Shown piece by piece: positions 37,051 through 49,200 of a stretch of DNA of 64,000 nucleotides (position 1 is its first letter; each line of letters opens with the position of its first letter). Position numbers and translations under genes: made by a program. The DNA is from Scyliorhinus canicula (Eukaryota): assembly GCF_902713615.1 (NCBI RefSeq), contig NC_052158.1:109752540-109816539 (forward strand), in the 5' to 3' direction. Below the pieces are notes generated by a model. It was not told the DNA's origin. It worked only from the letters and a program-made list of their open reading frames with translations, and searched no databases.

Positions 37051-38165
37051 TCCATAGTCAGGAATGCCAGACCTGATCACTCCATGGTCAGGAATGCCAG
37101 ACCTGATCGCTCCATGGTCAGGAATGCCAGACCTTATCGCTCCATGGTCAGGAATGCCAGACCTGACCGCTCCATGGTCAGGAACGCCAGGCCTGATCGC
37201 TCCATGGTCAGGAATGCCAGACCTGATCGCTCCATGGTCAGGAATGCCAGGCCTGACCGCTCCATGGTCAGGAATGCCAGACCTGATCGCTCCATGGTCA
37301 GGAATGCCAGACCTGATCGCTCCATGGTCAGGAATGCCAGACCTGATCGCTCCATGGTCAGGAATGCCAGACCTGATCGCTCCATGGTCAGGAATGCCAG
37401 ACCTGATCGCTCCATGGTCAGGAATGCCAGACCTGACCGCTCCATGGTCAGGAATGCCAGACCTGACCGCTCCATGGTCAGGAATGCCAGACCTGATCGC
37501 TCCATGGTCAGGAATGCCAGACCTGATCGCTCCATGGTCAGAATGCCAGACCTGATCGCTCCATGGTCAGGAATGCCAGACCTGATCGCTCCATGGTCAG
37601 GAATGCCATACCTGATCGCTCCATGGTCAGAATGCCATACCTGATTGCTCCATGGTCAGGAATGCCGAGACCTGATCGCTCCATGGTCAGGAATGCCAGA
37701 CCTGATTGCTCCATGGTCAGGAATGCCAGACCTGATCGCTCCATGGTCAGGAATGCCAGACCTGATCGCTCCATGGTCAGGAATGCCAGACCTGACCGCT
37801 CCATGGTCAGGAATGCCAGACCTGACCGCTCCATGGTCAGGAATGCCAGACCTGACCGCTCCATGGTCAGGAATGCCAGACCTGAACGCTCCATGGTCAG
37901 GAATGCCAGACCTGATCGCTCCATGGTCAGGAACGCCAGACCTGATCGCTCCATGGTCAGGAATGCCAGACCTGACCGCTCCATGGTCAGGAATGCCAGA
38001 CCTGATCGCTCCATGGTCAGGAATGCTAGACCTGATCGCTCCATGGTCAGGAATGCCAGACCTGATCGCTCCATGGTCAGGAATGCCAGACCTGACCGCT
38101 CCATGGTCAGGAATGCCAGACCTGATCGCTCCATGGTCAGGAATGCCAGACCTGATCGCTCCATA
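37050..38165. repeat. 30-bp minisatellite, ~37 units (GCTCCATGGTCAGGAATGCCAGACCTGATC)
   Basis: Directly visible tandem array with few substitutions and a few 1-bp indels. Confidence 0.98.
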
Positions 38166-38167
38166 AT

Positions 38168-38446
38168 TGTTGAATCCATGGTAGGCAGAACACATAGACG
38201 GAAGTAGAAATGACAGAACAAGGTTTATTTCAATACACACTTGCAATACTCCTCCATTCCCCTAAGGGTCTCCTCCCCTGACCTCCAATAGGCCGGGGGT
38301 TTATACAACCAGGGCTCTTTTTGTAAAGGTAAAACCCCTTTCTTAAAAGGGAAGGCCTGCCTGTCTTAAATGTGAAGTTCATATGCCGGGCAGGTCATGG
38401 GAAACTGTATGGTCCTGATTCTGGGACCTCCATTGGGGTTATAACT
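38168..38446 (-). mobile_element. 3' LTR of Gypsy element
   Basis: tgttg terminus, AATAAA on minus strand, adjacent PPT (plus tttcctccccccccc). Confidence 0.7.
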
Positions 38447-39696
38447 TTCCTCCCCCCCCCTGCCCTTCCCAAGTCCGGAGCAATGTCCACATCCATGGGA
38501 AAGTGCGCTGGGCCTTTTGACTGTTTTGCCTGTGGATGATGCGCTAGCGCCGACCTTGCTTGTGTACATCAGACCAGGGAGTGACATTTACGTGACGAGC
38601 ACCTGGGCGGCAGCAGCAATGCCGAACGATGTGGCCACGGGAGCCAGCACAGGCGGTGCCAGGATGTCCATCTTAGTTTCCGAGTTGTGGCTAGGCGATT
38701 CTTTTTTCCGGCATCTCAGTGTCCTCAAAAATCACTGCTGAATCCTCACCGACCGGCGGAGCTGGGGGCCTTGATGGTAACAGTAGTGGACAGGGCAGTG
38801 GTGAAGCAGAGATGTCAGATTCAGCGGTCAGTACGGCGGGAGTATCCGGTTTCAGAGATGGTCCACATGGCGATTAGACACGGAGTCCTGTGCCATATTT
38901 GGTCAGAAACTGGACCTGTTTTTGTCAACACGACGCCTGTGATCCAAGTGGCCCCTCTGCCGAAGTTTCAGACGTGTACTGCATCTCCCGGTGTGAACAT
39001 GTGCAGTAGCCTGTGGTGATCTGTGTCTGCCTCGGTTCTGTCCTGAGTTCGGCGGACCTACCCGCCAATATCCGGAACGAGACTCAATCGGGTGCGGAGG
39101 CGGCAAACATTTCAGCTGGCGCGATGCCCGTTGTGGCATGCGGGGTTCTCTGGTAGCAGAACACAAACCTTCTAAGCGAGTCTCCCAGGATCCCAATGTT
39201 TGTTTTTTCATGACTAGCTTAAAAGTTTGCACTGCCCATTTGAAGTATGGGGCGGTCCTCACCTGACGAATCCCATTGGCAGACGTGAATGGCGCAAATT
39301 CCGCACTCATAAACGCAGTACCATTGTCTGATACCAGCGCCTCAGGTATGCCGTGCATGCTGAAAATATACCGGAGTATCTCTATGGTGGTTTGGGCCAT
39401 TGACACCTGTACTTTGAGGACCTCCATCCACTTTGAGTGGGCATCAACGAGTGCGAGAAACATCGCTGCTTGAAAAGGGCCAGCAAAGTCTATATGGAGG
39501 CGAGACCACGGACGACCTGGCTATTCCCAAGGGTGGAGCGGGTCTGCAGGAGTTGATTCTGGTGTGCCTGACACTGGACGCAGCGCTTGACCACCCACTC
39601 GATGTTCGCTTCAATGCTGGGTCACCAAATGTAGCTTTGAGCTAACATTTTCATTTTGAACACACCAGTGACCATTTGGAGGTTTGTCAGGAGCCA

Positions 39697-39913
39697 TATT
39701 TAGAGTACCCAATTCATTTTTTCCAATTAAGGGGCAATTTAGCATGGCCAATCCACCTACACTGCACACCTTTGGGTTGTGGGGGCGAAACCCACGCAAA
39801 CCCGGGGAGAATGTGCAAACTCCACACGGACAGTGACCCAGAGCCGGGATCGAACCTGGGACCTCGGCGCCGTGAGGCTGCAGGGCTGACCCACTGCGCC
39901 AATGTGCTGCCCT
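39697..39913 (-). mobile_element. A-tailed V-SINE without TSD
   Basis: Matches family; flanks are unrelated to each other. Confidence 0.9.
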
Positions 39914-40039
39914 TCAGGGACTCATTTTTACCAACCAGTCATCCTTCGGGACCCACGCTGGCCGATCTTCATGACCCACGCTGGCCGACCTTCGCGACCC
40001 ACCATTTTCTTTAATGCAAGAGGTGAGCCTGGGTTTATA

Positions 40040-40340
40040 TTCTCTAGTCTAGAGTAGCAAAGAATGAGAAATGACCTCATTGAAACAAGCATTATTCTCT
40101 CAGGACTCTACAGAGCAGATGCAGAATGGAAGTTTTCCCTCAGATGGGTGGTTTACAGTCTGGGGATATAGTCTGCAAATTACAATGCAACCATTTTAGA
40201 CATAGATGAGGGGGAATTACTTAACTCAATGTGTTGTGAATATTTTTAATCTCTAAAATTCAGTATCAAAGCGGGTTCTTCAGGCTCAGCCATTGACCAT
40301 ATTCAAGACAGATGCAAGAAGACTGATTGAATTTTTAAAA
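40040..40340 (+). mobile_element. CR1 3' fragment (old)
   Basis: LYSL..RMRNDLIET..RRGNYLTQCVVN-like sequence. Confidence 0.6.
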
Positions 40341-40350
40341 ACCTCTTACG

Positions 40351-40541
40351 TAGAACATAGAACAGTACAGCACAGAACAGGCCCTTCGGCCCTCGATGTT
40401 GTGCCGAGCAACGATCACCCTACAAGCCAAAGTATCCATCCTATTCCAGTAACCCAACAACCCTCCCATTAACCTTATTTTTTAGGACACTAAGGGCAAT
40501 TTAGCATGGCCAATCCACCTAACCAGCACATCTTTGGACTG
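40351..40541 (-). mobile_element. HE1 SINE 3' part
   Basis: Reversed (ttctatg)n tail and V-domain end. Confidence 0.8.
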
Positions 40542-41825
40542 GGTCAGCACATTGACGTCAGTGGGAGGCTGTGTTTCTCTCTGGGCTCCGGGCATGCGCA
40601 CTGATGAGCGGGCATACATGCGCAGCGTGCCCGAATTTTTTAGCCGGTCTTGCCGTCATTTGTAAAGCCTCTTTCAGCCAGAAATTTAAAAAGCCTGCTG
40701 CTATGGCGTTGCATCTGATGGATGGCTCCGTGATGGATGGCTCCGTGACCCTCCCTACACCCAACCACGACCCAGCCGTGGGTCTCGACCTCCACTTTGA
40801 AAGTGCCTGCTCTATGCTAAGCTCCTGCACCTTTGTGGCATAGACCTTTAGATCCTGCAGTAGAGCCCTGTGCTGAATCCAATACAGCACCATGAGATGG
40901 ATACGGGATAGCTGAGGGTGGCTGGTGTAGGTGGCCTGGTCAGCAGGGGCAGATGTCCTAATGCGGTGGCATGGGTAATCTTCGTCTCGGAGAGGTGCTC
41001 CAACATATAGTCATACCCTGCAAGCAGCAATGTCCATCACTGGATGCGGATGGAAGCAATGGGGGGAAAATTGCCCGATCCTCCTTGAAGAGCCCTAGGA
41101 GGGGCTGTGGTCCGTGAAAATGGTGAAACGATGTCCATAGACATATTGATAACATTTCTTGACACTGAATACAACAGCCAAACCCTCCTTCTCGATCTAG
41201 GGCCCACCACTTCTCTGCGTCGGCCAACATTCTTGAGGCGAAGGCGGTGGGATGTTCAGATCCATCATCCATTTCATGGGTCAGCACGATCCTGGCGCTG
41301 TACGGAGAAGCGTCGCAGGTCAGTAGGATCGACCGGGATGAAGCGGGTGAGCAGTCTTGACGAGGAGAGTTATTGTTTCACCTCCATGAAACTGCTTGCT
41401 GTTCTCGGCCCCACTCCCAGTGTTGCCCCTTCTTTAACAGATGGTGGATGGGCCTGAAGTGGTAGCCAGGTTTGGGAGGAACTTGCCCCATCCCGGCTGA
41501 TCCTATTGACCTGCGACACTTCTCCGTAGGGAGTCAGGGCCATGCTGGCCCATGAAATGGATGACGGATCTGAACGACCCATCGCCTTCACTTCAAGAAC
41601 TTCCAGTGGAGACACACAATTGACCATCATTATAGTCGCTACACAAGCTTATTAAAATAGAATAGACTATTCCATCCAGTTTCATGGCCAGGACGACCGG
41701 GAACTGTACCGGGCGGATGATTCCCAAGTTCTCCATCCAGTCTAACTCAGTGTCCACCTTGGGTCGTAAGGCATACGGAACAGGTCAGGCGTGGAAATAG
41801 CGCGTTTGAGCCATGGGGTCCACAC

Positions 41826-42053
41826 TTTAAAAAAAATTAATTTAATGTACAATTAATGCTTTCCAATTAAGGGGCAATTTAGTGTGGCCAATCCACCTAG
41901 CCTGCACATCTTTGGGTTGTGGGGGTGAAACCCTCGCAAACACGGGGAGAATGTGCAAACTCCACACGGACAGTGACTAAGAGCCGGGATCGAACCTGGG
42001 ACCTTGGCGCCGTGAGGTTGCAGGGCTAACCCACTGCGCCACCGTGCTGCCCT
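41826..42053 (-). mobile_element. A-tailed V-SINE in Gypsy
   Basis: TSD ggtccacac. Confidence 0.9.
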
Positions 42054-44015
42054 CAGGTCCACACGTACTCGGGCCACAGCTCCTTTTATGGTGCCCAAGT
42101 CATCCTGGAACACCGATAGAAACCTAGATTGAACTCCCTCAGGGACATGTCGGTGCATGCAACACACTCTCTGCCAATCTAACCGCAAGTGGCATAGCCG
42201 GTCATGCCCCAACAAGCTTGGACAGCTCCCGTAGGCCACCACCAGAGGAAGATTTACAGACTGTTGACCATACTCAACCGTTGAAGTGCCCATATTGCCA
42301 ACAGCGCCCCTGTATAAGTGGCCAGCCTCGTGTTGGTGTCCCACAGGGTCAGCGATTAAAGGCCAGACCGAATGCGGTTGAATGTACGGCAACTGACTAC
42401 AGACACTGCTACACTCTCCCAGTATAGAGTTCCATGTATATTGGGTGTCCATTAATCCGCAGGGAGATTTTGATGGGCGCTCCTCTTGGTGCAGCCACGC
42501 AGTGTAACTGCTGGTAGGTGTTGTCCGCATCTTCCACGTTGTAAGGCCTGTCACGTGGGGGATGGCCGGGCCTAGCGGGTCAACGGGCAGGTAGATGCTC
42601 ATGGGGTCTCCTGTCTCTCTGGTTTCTGTGGCCTGCTGCGGCCCACGCTGGCTGTTGGTCATACTCCTGTTCCTCTTGGTTGGGGGAGAATGCGTGGTCG
42701 TGTCCCCGGCCTCTATGGCGGTCCGTGTTCCCCGGCAGGTGTCCCATTGTTGTGGGCCAGCCTCCTCAGATCTAGCCGAGTGTGGTAGGTGCTTCGGATT
42801 GCATCCCAGACTGACCACTGTCAGTCCCTTGAGTTCCTGGACCTCTTGGTCAGTGTTTTCTCTGGAGATAGCCATCGCCACTGTGGGTTGCAGGTCCAGG
42901 TGATCGGGCCCTTGGTGAGTGTTGGGGGGACCCAGTGACCCTTCACAGTGCATTGTGGCTTGGGGGTTGTGTCGGGACCTCGGTGATCAGGACGCCATTT
43001 AAAAAAGGTGTCCCCAATCTCTCACTACAGTGAGGACAGTTCCAGCGAGCGGAGCTCCTCCGTGTAGAAAACGGGGCTATGTGCAGCCACATGTTCCCCA
43101 CTGAGGCCCCTTATCAAACCCGAGTACCTCCGAGCACCGGGAAACAAGCGGTTAAACAGGCTTGTTATGGGACTTTGTTCTCTTTTAGTGAAGTCGCGCC
43201 ACTTTGTGGCGAGATTTGTTGGGAGTTTCCTGCTAGCTCTGTCTGCGAGTTCCCCACCGCTATCAATGATATTCAGGCATTTTTCTGGCTCCTGGGGAGT
43301 TTCCCCCAGTCAAGCCCACACTTAGAATTATGTTCATCATTGTGGAGCTGAACTCGCTGGCCAGACTGGCTCCTCACAGATCAGGTCACCTTGAAAGGGT
43401 GCCTTGATCTATAAATGGGCCTGTGGGTCTCCCACACCTCCCCCCCCATGAGGAATGTCACCACCGTGCACATGGCCATTGCCCTCCCCCCCCCCTCCAA
43501 GGGATGGCACCCTATTATGGGGTCAGTGAGGGGCCCCCCTTTTCAGGCCTTCCCACACCCTCTTCCGGGACCCCCCTTCCAAGACCTCCAACCTTCATCC
43601 CCCCACCCGTTCATTTTCCCCTCCACCTTCCTTTCATGGCCACCATCTCCACAGGTCCTCAGTGGCACCCTGGCATCAGGCACTTCCACCCTCGAAATGC
43701 CCCTATTGGTATTGCGGTGCCACCTGGGCACCTTGGCCATGCTTGAATGGAAGTGCCAAGGTGTCTCCCTGGGAGTGCCAAGCAGCTCAAGCTCTAGGTG
43801 CAGGGCCAGGGGACCTATACCTGACCACCCAGAGGCCTGGGAGACTCCCCAGGTGCCGGGTTGCCTGGTCCACGTTTGTTTAGACCAGTACTAATCGGTG
43901 CCTGCGTGGCCGCTCGTTGAGGAGCCTGTTAGAAGATGGGAGACCGTTAGATAGGGTATCCTTGCCATTAATGGGATGTAGATTGGTCTTAACTGATTAT
44001 TATTGGTTTCCCGGA

Positions 44016-44220
44016 GGGCAGCACGGTGGCATTGCTGCCTCACGGCGCTGAGGTCCCAGGTTCGATCCCGGCTCTGGGTCACTGTCCGTGTGGAGTTTGC
44101 ACATTCTCCCCGTGTCTGCTTGGGCTTCGCCCCACAACCCAAAGATGTGCTGGGTAGGTGGATTGGCCACGCTAAATTGACCCTTAATTGGAAATTGTAT
44201 ACTCGACATTAAAAAAAAAT
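44016..44220 (+). mobile_element. A-tailed V-SINE
   Basis: TSD ttattggtttc. Confidence 0.9.
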
Positions 44221-44368
44221 TATTGGTTTCTCGCCATGCTGCGGAGTGGGTTGGTTGGATCATAAACCGATTGAACCATGGCATGGTTGACGATTTCGGA
44301 CTTCTGGGATTTAACTGGCTCGCTTGGATTCGCACGGGCATAATGTGGCCATTAAATTGCACCCTTAT

Positions 44369-45026
44369 GGGGCGGTTCTCCGAGCCCCGCGCTGGGCCGG
44401 AGAATCGGCGCAACCGCGCCACCGCGCACTGACGCCAGCGCACGATTCTCCGAGGTGCGGAGAATCGGCGCCATTTGCGCCGGCGTGTTTGGCGCGGCGC
44501 CGGCCGCTGGAATCGGCGGGGCCGCCTATTCTCCGGCCTGGATGGGCCAATTGGCCGCTTCGATACGACAGAGTCCCGCCAGCGCCGTTCACCCCGGTCG
44601 GGCCGGCGTGAACTCTGCGGGAACTGTCGGGAGGCAGCTTGTGGATGGTGGGGCTGGGGGGGGGGAGTGGGGCACCTCCACCGGGGGGGTCCTCCGATGG
44701 GGTCTGGCCCACGATCGGGGCCCACCGATCAGCGGGCCGGCCTCTCCCCCCCAGGTCTACTTCCTAGCGTGGCCGGCCCCTGAACACCGACTCCATGTTG
44801 GTCGGCGCCGGCGCGCAAAAGAAGTCCCCCGCGCATGCGCAGGTTGGCGTGGCACCCATTTGGCGTCGCGTAAGGAGGCTGGAGCGGCGTGAATTGCTCC
44901 AGCGCCATACTGGCCCCCTGTGGGGGGCGGAATCATACGTAACCGGGCCCGGTTCGCATCGTCGTGAAACGCGACGGTGTACACGACGGCGCGAACTCTT
45001 GGGCCCAAAATTGGAGAATCGCCCCC
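44369..45026. mobile_element. GC-rich MITE, CpG-rich (young)
   Basis: ggggcggttctcc...ggagaatcgcccc termini; inverted paralog of 27404-27957. Confidence 0.8.
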
Positions 45027-45504
45027 TTGGTCTCTCAACTGGATAATTCCGGCCATTAATGTGAGACAGAAGCTAGAATGAAATAAATAAAAAGTCACAG
45101 ACGTGAATAACTTATGAGGCAGATGGAAGGAAAGGCAGGCTGACAGTAAGGGTGCAGACCACTTCATCTGTATGATGTTCCAACACAGAATCCTCCACCC
45201 AAGCAATACCCACTCCTTTTCTCTCCTCCCCATTCCTAGAAATGTCAGCGTTGCCATGGTATGTTGCAAGCATTTGTATCAAGACAGACAATGGAAGGTA
45301 ACATTAATTTATTAAAGTCAACATTAAGGCTTAGCAGAATGAGATGTTACCATTCTCTAAGATGCAATGAGTATCATTGAAATCATTCCAGCCATCCTCA
45401 TGAATTTCTGACTTTGCTGAAAATGTAAGATAAATAATTAAACTTTTGCATAAAATTAATCATTTTATTAATTATAGAAGCCCATGCAATGTTCCCATGG
45501 TGAC

Positions 45505-45805
45505 TGTTCCTTTTCCCCTTTCTTTATTTCTCTCCCCACTGCTTCCCTTCTCTTTCTTCCTCTGTCCCTATTTCACCCATTCACTCTATATTTTCCCACC
45601 TTTTCTTTCTCATACCCCTACTGTTTTCTCTTTCCCTCCCCTTTTCTCTCACTCTCCATCCTCTTTTCCCTCACCTCCTTCCATTCTTCCTCTTTTGTTT
45701 TCTCCTCTCTCCCTCTCTTCCTCCCTCGCTCCACTTGTCACTCCCCCTTTGCCTTCTCTCTCCCTTTCTCTTGCTCTCTTCTCCCACCTTCTCGTTCTTC
45801 CCCCA
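45505..45805. repeat. Polypyrimidine low-complexity tract
   Basis: ~300 bp almost entirely C/T. Confidence 0.9.
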
Positions 45806-45829
45806 TATAGGATCAGAAATTGAAAATGG

Positions 45830-46400
45830 AGCATGTGATCACAGGCTCAAAAACGATAGAATCCTGAGAAGAAATCTAGAATAATCTTTATAACTTGAGC
45901 GGTGGCGGAGGCTGGCAGTAAGAAAGCGAATGGCAGGCAATTTAATGTAAATGATACGTTGCCTGAGAAGGTTAGCCCTGCACTCACACAAATAGATTAA
46001 TTTCTCTGCCACGAATCATTGTTTTAAAATGAGGTTAAAGGCATAATCTGGAGATTAAGTTAAATGACAATTGGTTAAAAGATCTTTTCAAAAAAGCTGT
46101 AGTCACACCGAGCAGGGAATGGATTTCCCTGTGGCAAATTAATGCTTTAATCCACAAGGGTGAATGTTTAAAGGCAAAAGTCACACATAATAGGAAGGCA
46201 GGAGGGGAACAGGTGGTGATTCTCCCAGGAGAACCCTTTGCTTCATAGTGTGATAGAATAGTACAATTAACAGGGAGGGAGGCTCTCTGACGCATTGGGC
46301 CTGATTAAGTCAGAAGGCTACATTAATCATATATTCTATGATTTTCACCTTATGTTACATCAATCTGTCCAAGCACACTCTAAGTTCCTAGCAGCTGATC
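45830..46400. promoter_or_regulatory. Candidate enhancer (K50 homeodomain site cluster)
   Basis: TAATCT/AGATTA/TAATCC at 45882, 45994, 46044, 46052, 46148; Sox-like CATTGT; no recognisable repeat. Confidence 0.35.
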
Positions 46401-47600
46401 TGGTGACATTTCCCAATGTAAAAAGTGATAAGCATCTGAAGCACTATCGTGCTTCAGTCCCATATTATAGAAGCAAAGGTACAAGGCAAAGGTTCTGTGT
46501 GATCTAGAGGGAGGAGCAGCAATCAACCGGTCAAGTACCACAGGCAAATTACCTCACTTGGAGTCTTATTGTTCAATATGTATTGCTACTTAAAGCAGTG
46601 AGCCACTGATATTCTGGTCTTCGGACAGATCCTGGATTTTGTGTCTCTCCACAGGTGTCTCTGGAAACCGGACTCTGGCTGTGGATCCTCCAAGCTTACT
46701 TCAGCTTCTCTGTAAGTCAAATTCATCTCACCACAGAACCTCAGCCATCACGTTTGGATGATTCCCCTCTGTCTGCAGTCAGAACATTTCCCAACAGTGC
46801 CTCAGTAACTGGCAACCCCTGAAAGTCCATTTGCATGTTGCCTTTCACTGCTGCTCTGGACTTGAACATCTAGCTCCCTTTTTAAAAATCCTTTTAGCCA
46901 ATCTCAGGCCTTTCTTTCCTGCCTCCTCCCCTACCAATCACCTAGCGATGCCACTTTTTATTTTCCTTCTCTCAAGAACTTTACGCAACCTCACACTTTA
47001 ATCACAACCCTTCACTTATTCCTCTGCTTTCCTGCCATTCTGTTGACCAAGGTTTGCAAATGTCTGCCACTCCACTCTGGGCAACTCTTTGCATTCTCTG
47101 AAGGATCCATCAAGGGAACCATCACTGCATCTTTAGAAGCAGCAAATGCCAAGCTGCTACTATCACCAATAAGAAAGAGTCTAACTGCTTCCACCGGAAT
47201 TTAAATGACAATACCATCAACATCCTGGGAATCAGTTGACCAAAAGGTAAACTGGAGTATTTGACACAGTTTATCAATGTGAACACCAATATCCTGGGCT
47301 AGGGAGCCGAGATCATCGTCCACAGCTTCACTCACAATGGCAGCCATCATCTCGATGCCAACATCATCCCCGAAATGTAATCCCACTCACCAGCGAAGCC
47401 GCCACTGTGAACAGGGCTCCATCCCGGCCATCTTCAAACACCTCAATCAAACCAGGATTTTCTTGACTTAACTTGGCTCCCTATCGCCAAATTCTAACCA
47501 GGACCTTCCGGGAACATAGCACAGGATATACACACTAGAATCAAACAATTAAGGTTTCTGCACCAGGATTAAAAACAAAAGCATTAAAAGATGAGTGGCG

Positions 47601-47827
47601 AGGGCAGCACGGTGGCACAGTGAGTAGCACTGCTGCCTCATGGTGCCGAGGTCCCAGGTTCGATCCCGGTTCTAGGTCACTGTCCGTGTGGAGATTGCAC
47701 ATTCTTCCCGTGTTTGCGTGGGTTTCGCCCCCACAACCCAAAGATGCACAGGTTAGGTGGATTGACCACGCTAAATTGGCCCTTAACTGGAAAAAATGAA
47801 TTGGGTATTCTAAATTTTAAAAAAAAG
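47601..47827 (+). mobile_element. A-tailed V-SINE
   Basis: Matches family; TSD tgagtgg. Confidence 0.9.
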
Positions 47828-47949
47828 TGAGTGGTGCCAGAGCTCGCGAATATGCAATTTCTCTTGCACTCACATTGTCTGCTGGGGATTTTTCATCTTT
47901 TGGCTGAGTTGTGGAATGTTTTAAACAGCTGAGTTGTTAAAGGGTTGAC

Positions 47950-49200
47950 TCTTGGCTGCTGCAGCCTTGTTTCATTTCACTGGGAGCAGCAGGAGGACCG
48001 GAAATGCTGAAAGATGTTACTGGGACTATCGTCGGGTCTGTCCAGTGAAGACAGCAGCAACCACCGCAACACAGAACAGGTTCAAAGTAAAGAGCAAAGG
48101 AGGCAAGGGCCAAGGGGGCTTTAACAGGATACTTTATGGAGCAGTCTGTAGAGGCAGGCATTTACTGACCTGTCACCTACTGCAGCAGGAATTGGAGTCA
48201 ATCGCCAGGATGCACACCACTGACTGTGGCTGTGGAGGTCACAGTGGCTCACAACTTGTATGTCACAAGCTTATTCCAGCTGCAGTAGGTGATATAAACA
48301 ACAAGAGTGATTTTCCTGCCCACATAACCATCAAGCAGGTGACAGTTTAGGTCTTTGTAAGGGGACAGCAATTTTCCATCTTTTAAATGCTGGCAGCTGA
48401 ACAGGAGCACGAACAACTCTTGGACTTCACCGGCAGTGTTGGATTCCGCAGGTGTAAGCTGTCATTGACAGCATGTGAATAGCCATGTTTTGTAACAGCA
48501 ACGGGTTACACTCCCTAAACGTCCAGCTGGTCTGGTGCCAAAGGCACAGTTAGTGTCAACAGCGCTTCAGTTGGTAACATTCTCACCTGAGTCAGAAGGT
48601 TAAAGGGGAGCTCAAAAGTCTGACACTCCAGTGTGGCAATGAGGGTGCGCTATACTGTTGGAAGCGACATGAAACCGAGAATCCATCTGCTCTCTCAGGT
48701 AGACATAACAGATCTCATGGTATTATTTTGAAGAAGAGGAAATTATCCCTGGTGTCCTGCCCAATATCTACCCTCAATCAGCAACACAAAGACAGATTAT
48801 GTGGTCATAATCACATTGCTGCTCGTGCTGCATTTCCTACCACCGGTGGGAAAGTGCGGTGGGACAACCCAAAGTCATCAACCGTGCTATATAAATATGA
48901 AACTGTCACCAATGAAGTTTTGTGTCCATTTTTCTGTCAATATTCATTATGCTTTCATTTTGAATTATTTTCAATTTCTCCCATCATCTTCAACCCAGAT
49001 CAATGGGAAATGGAGAGAAATCCCTCTGGAACTGCTAATTCACCTTGCCGGAAACCTGGGTGCATAGGCGGTTATTGAGCAGTCCACAGGCATCCTGAAA
49101 AAAAGTGTCTGGACCAACCTGGTGGAGTTCTGTGGCACAGCCCCTAAGTGAATCTCCAGACTTGTCACTTTTTAATTGTTTCTTGCATGCAACGCAGTTA
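47950..49200 (+). pseudogene. Harbinger/PIF transposase remnant split by a DeuSINE
   Basis: CHLLQQELES..PLTVAVEVTVAHNLYVTSLFQ..AVGDI..AHITIKQVT; later AVIEQSTGILKK..GG. Confidence 0.7.
48545..48900 (+). mobile_element. DeuSINE (SacSINE1/AmnSINE1-like)
   Basis: ctgacactccagtg..aaaccgag..ctctcaggtagac..agatctcatgg..ttgaagaagag..tgtcctgcccaatat..acagattat Deu-domain; gctatataaat tail. Confidence 0.8.

Larger units (their letters stand above)
38460..42900 (-). pseudogene. Decayed Gypsy-type gag-pol with multiple insertions
   Basis: Integrase FLALVDAHSKWMEV..FSMHGIPEALVSDNGTAFMSAEF; RNase H LTCDASPY..HEMDDGSE.PTAFASR; protease-region GSCPSLLGHD..LRLDW; FQDDLGTIKG. Confidence 0.85.

Noticed and set aside
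37050-38165. CRISPR-like array, repeat protein or satellite hammerhead
   Set aside because: There are no unique spacers or cas genes. The long ORFs arise because a 30-nt unit lacks stops in several frames. CTGATCG...GGAAT does not fit the hammerhead core.
44369-45026. CpG-island promoter
   Set aside because: The CpG-rich DNA is bounded by TIRs and has a paralog at 27404, so it is a young MITE.
45446-45823. Hydrophobic F/S/P/L-rich ORF
   Set aside because: Artefact of the polypyrimidine tract.
46720-47560. Penelope-type RT remnant
   Set aside because: Only vague motif resemblance; needs a profile search before it can be called.
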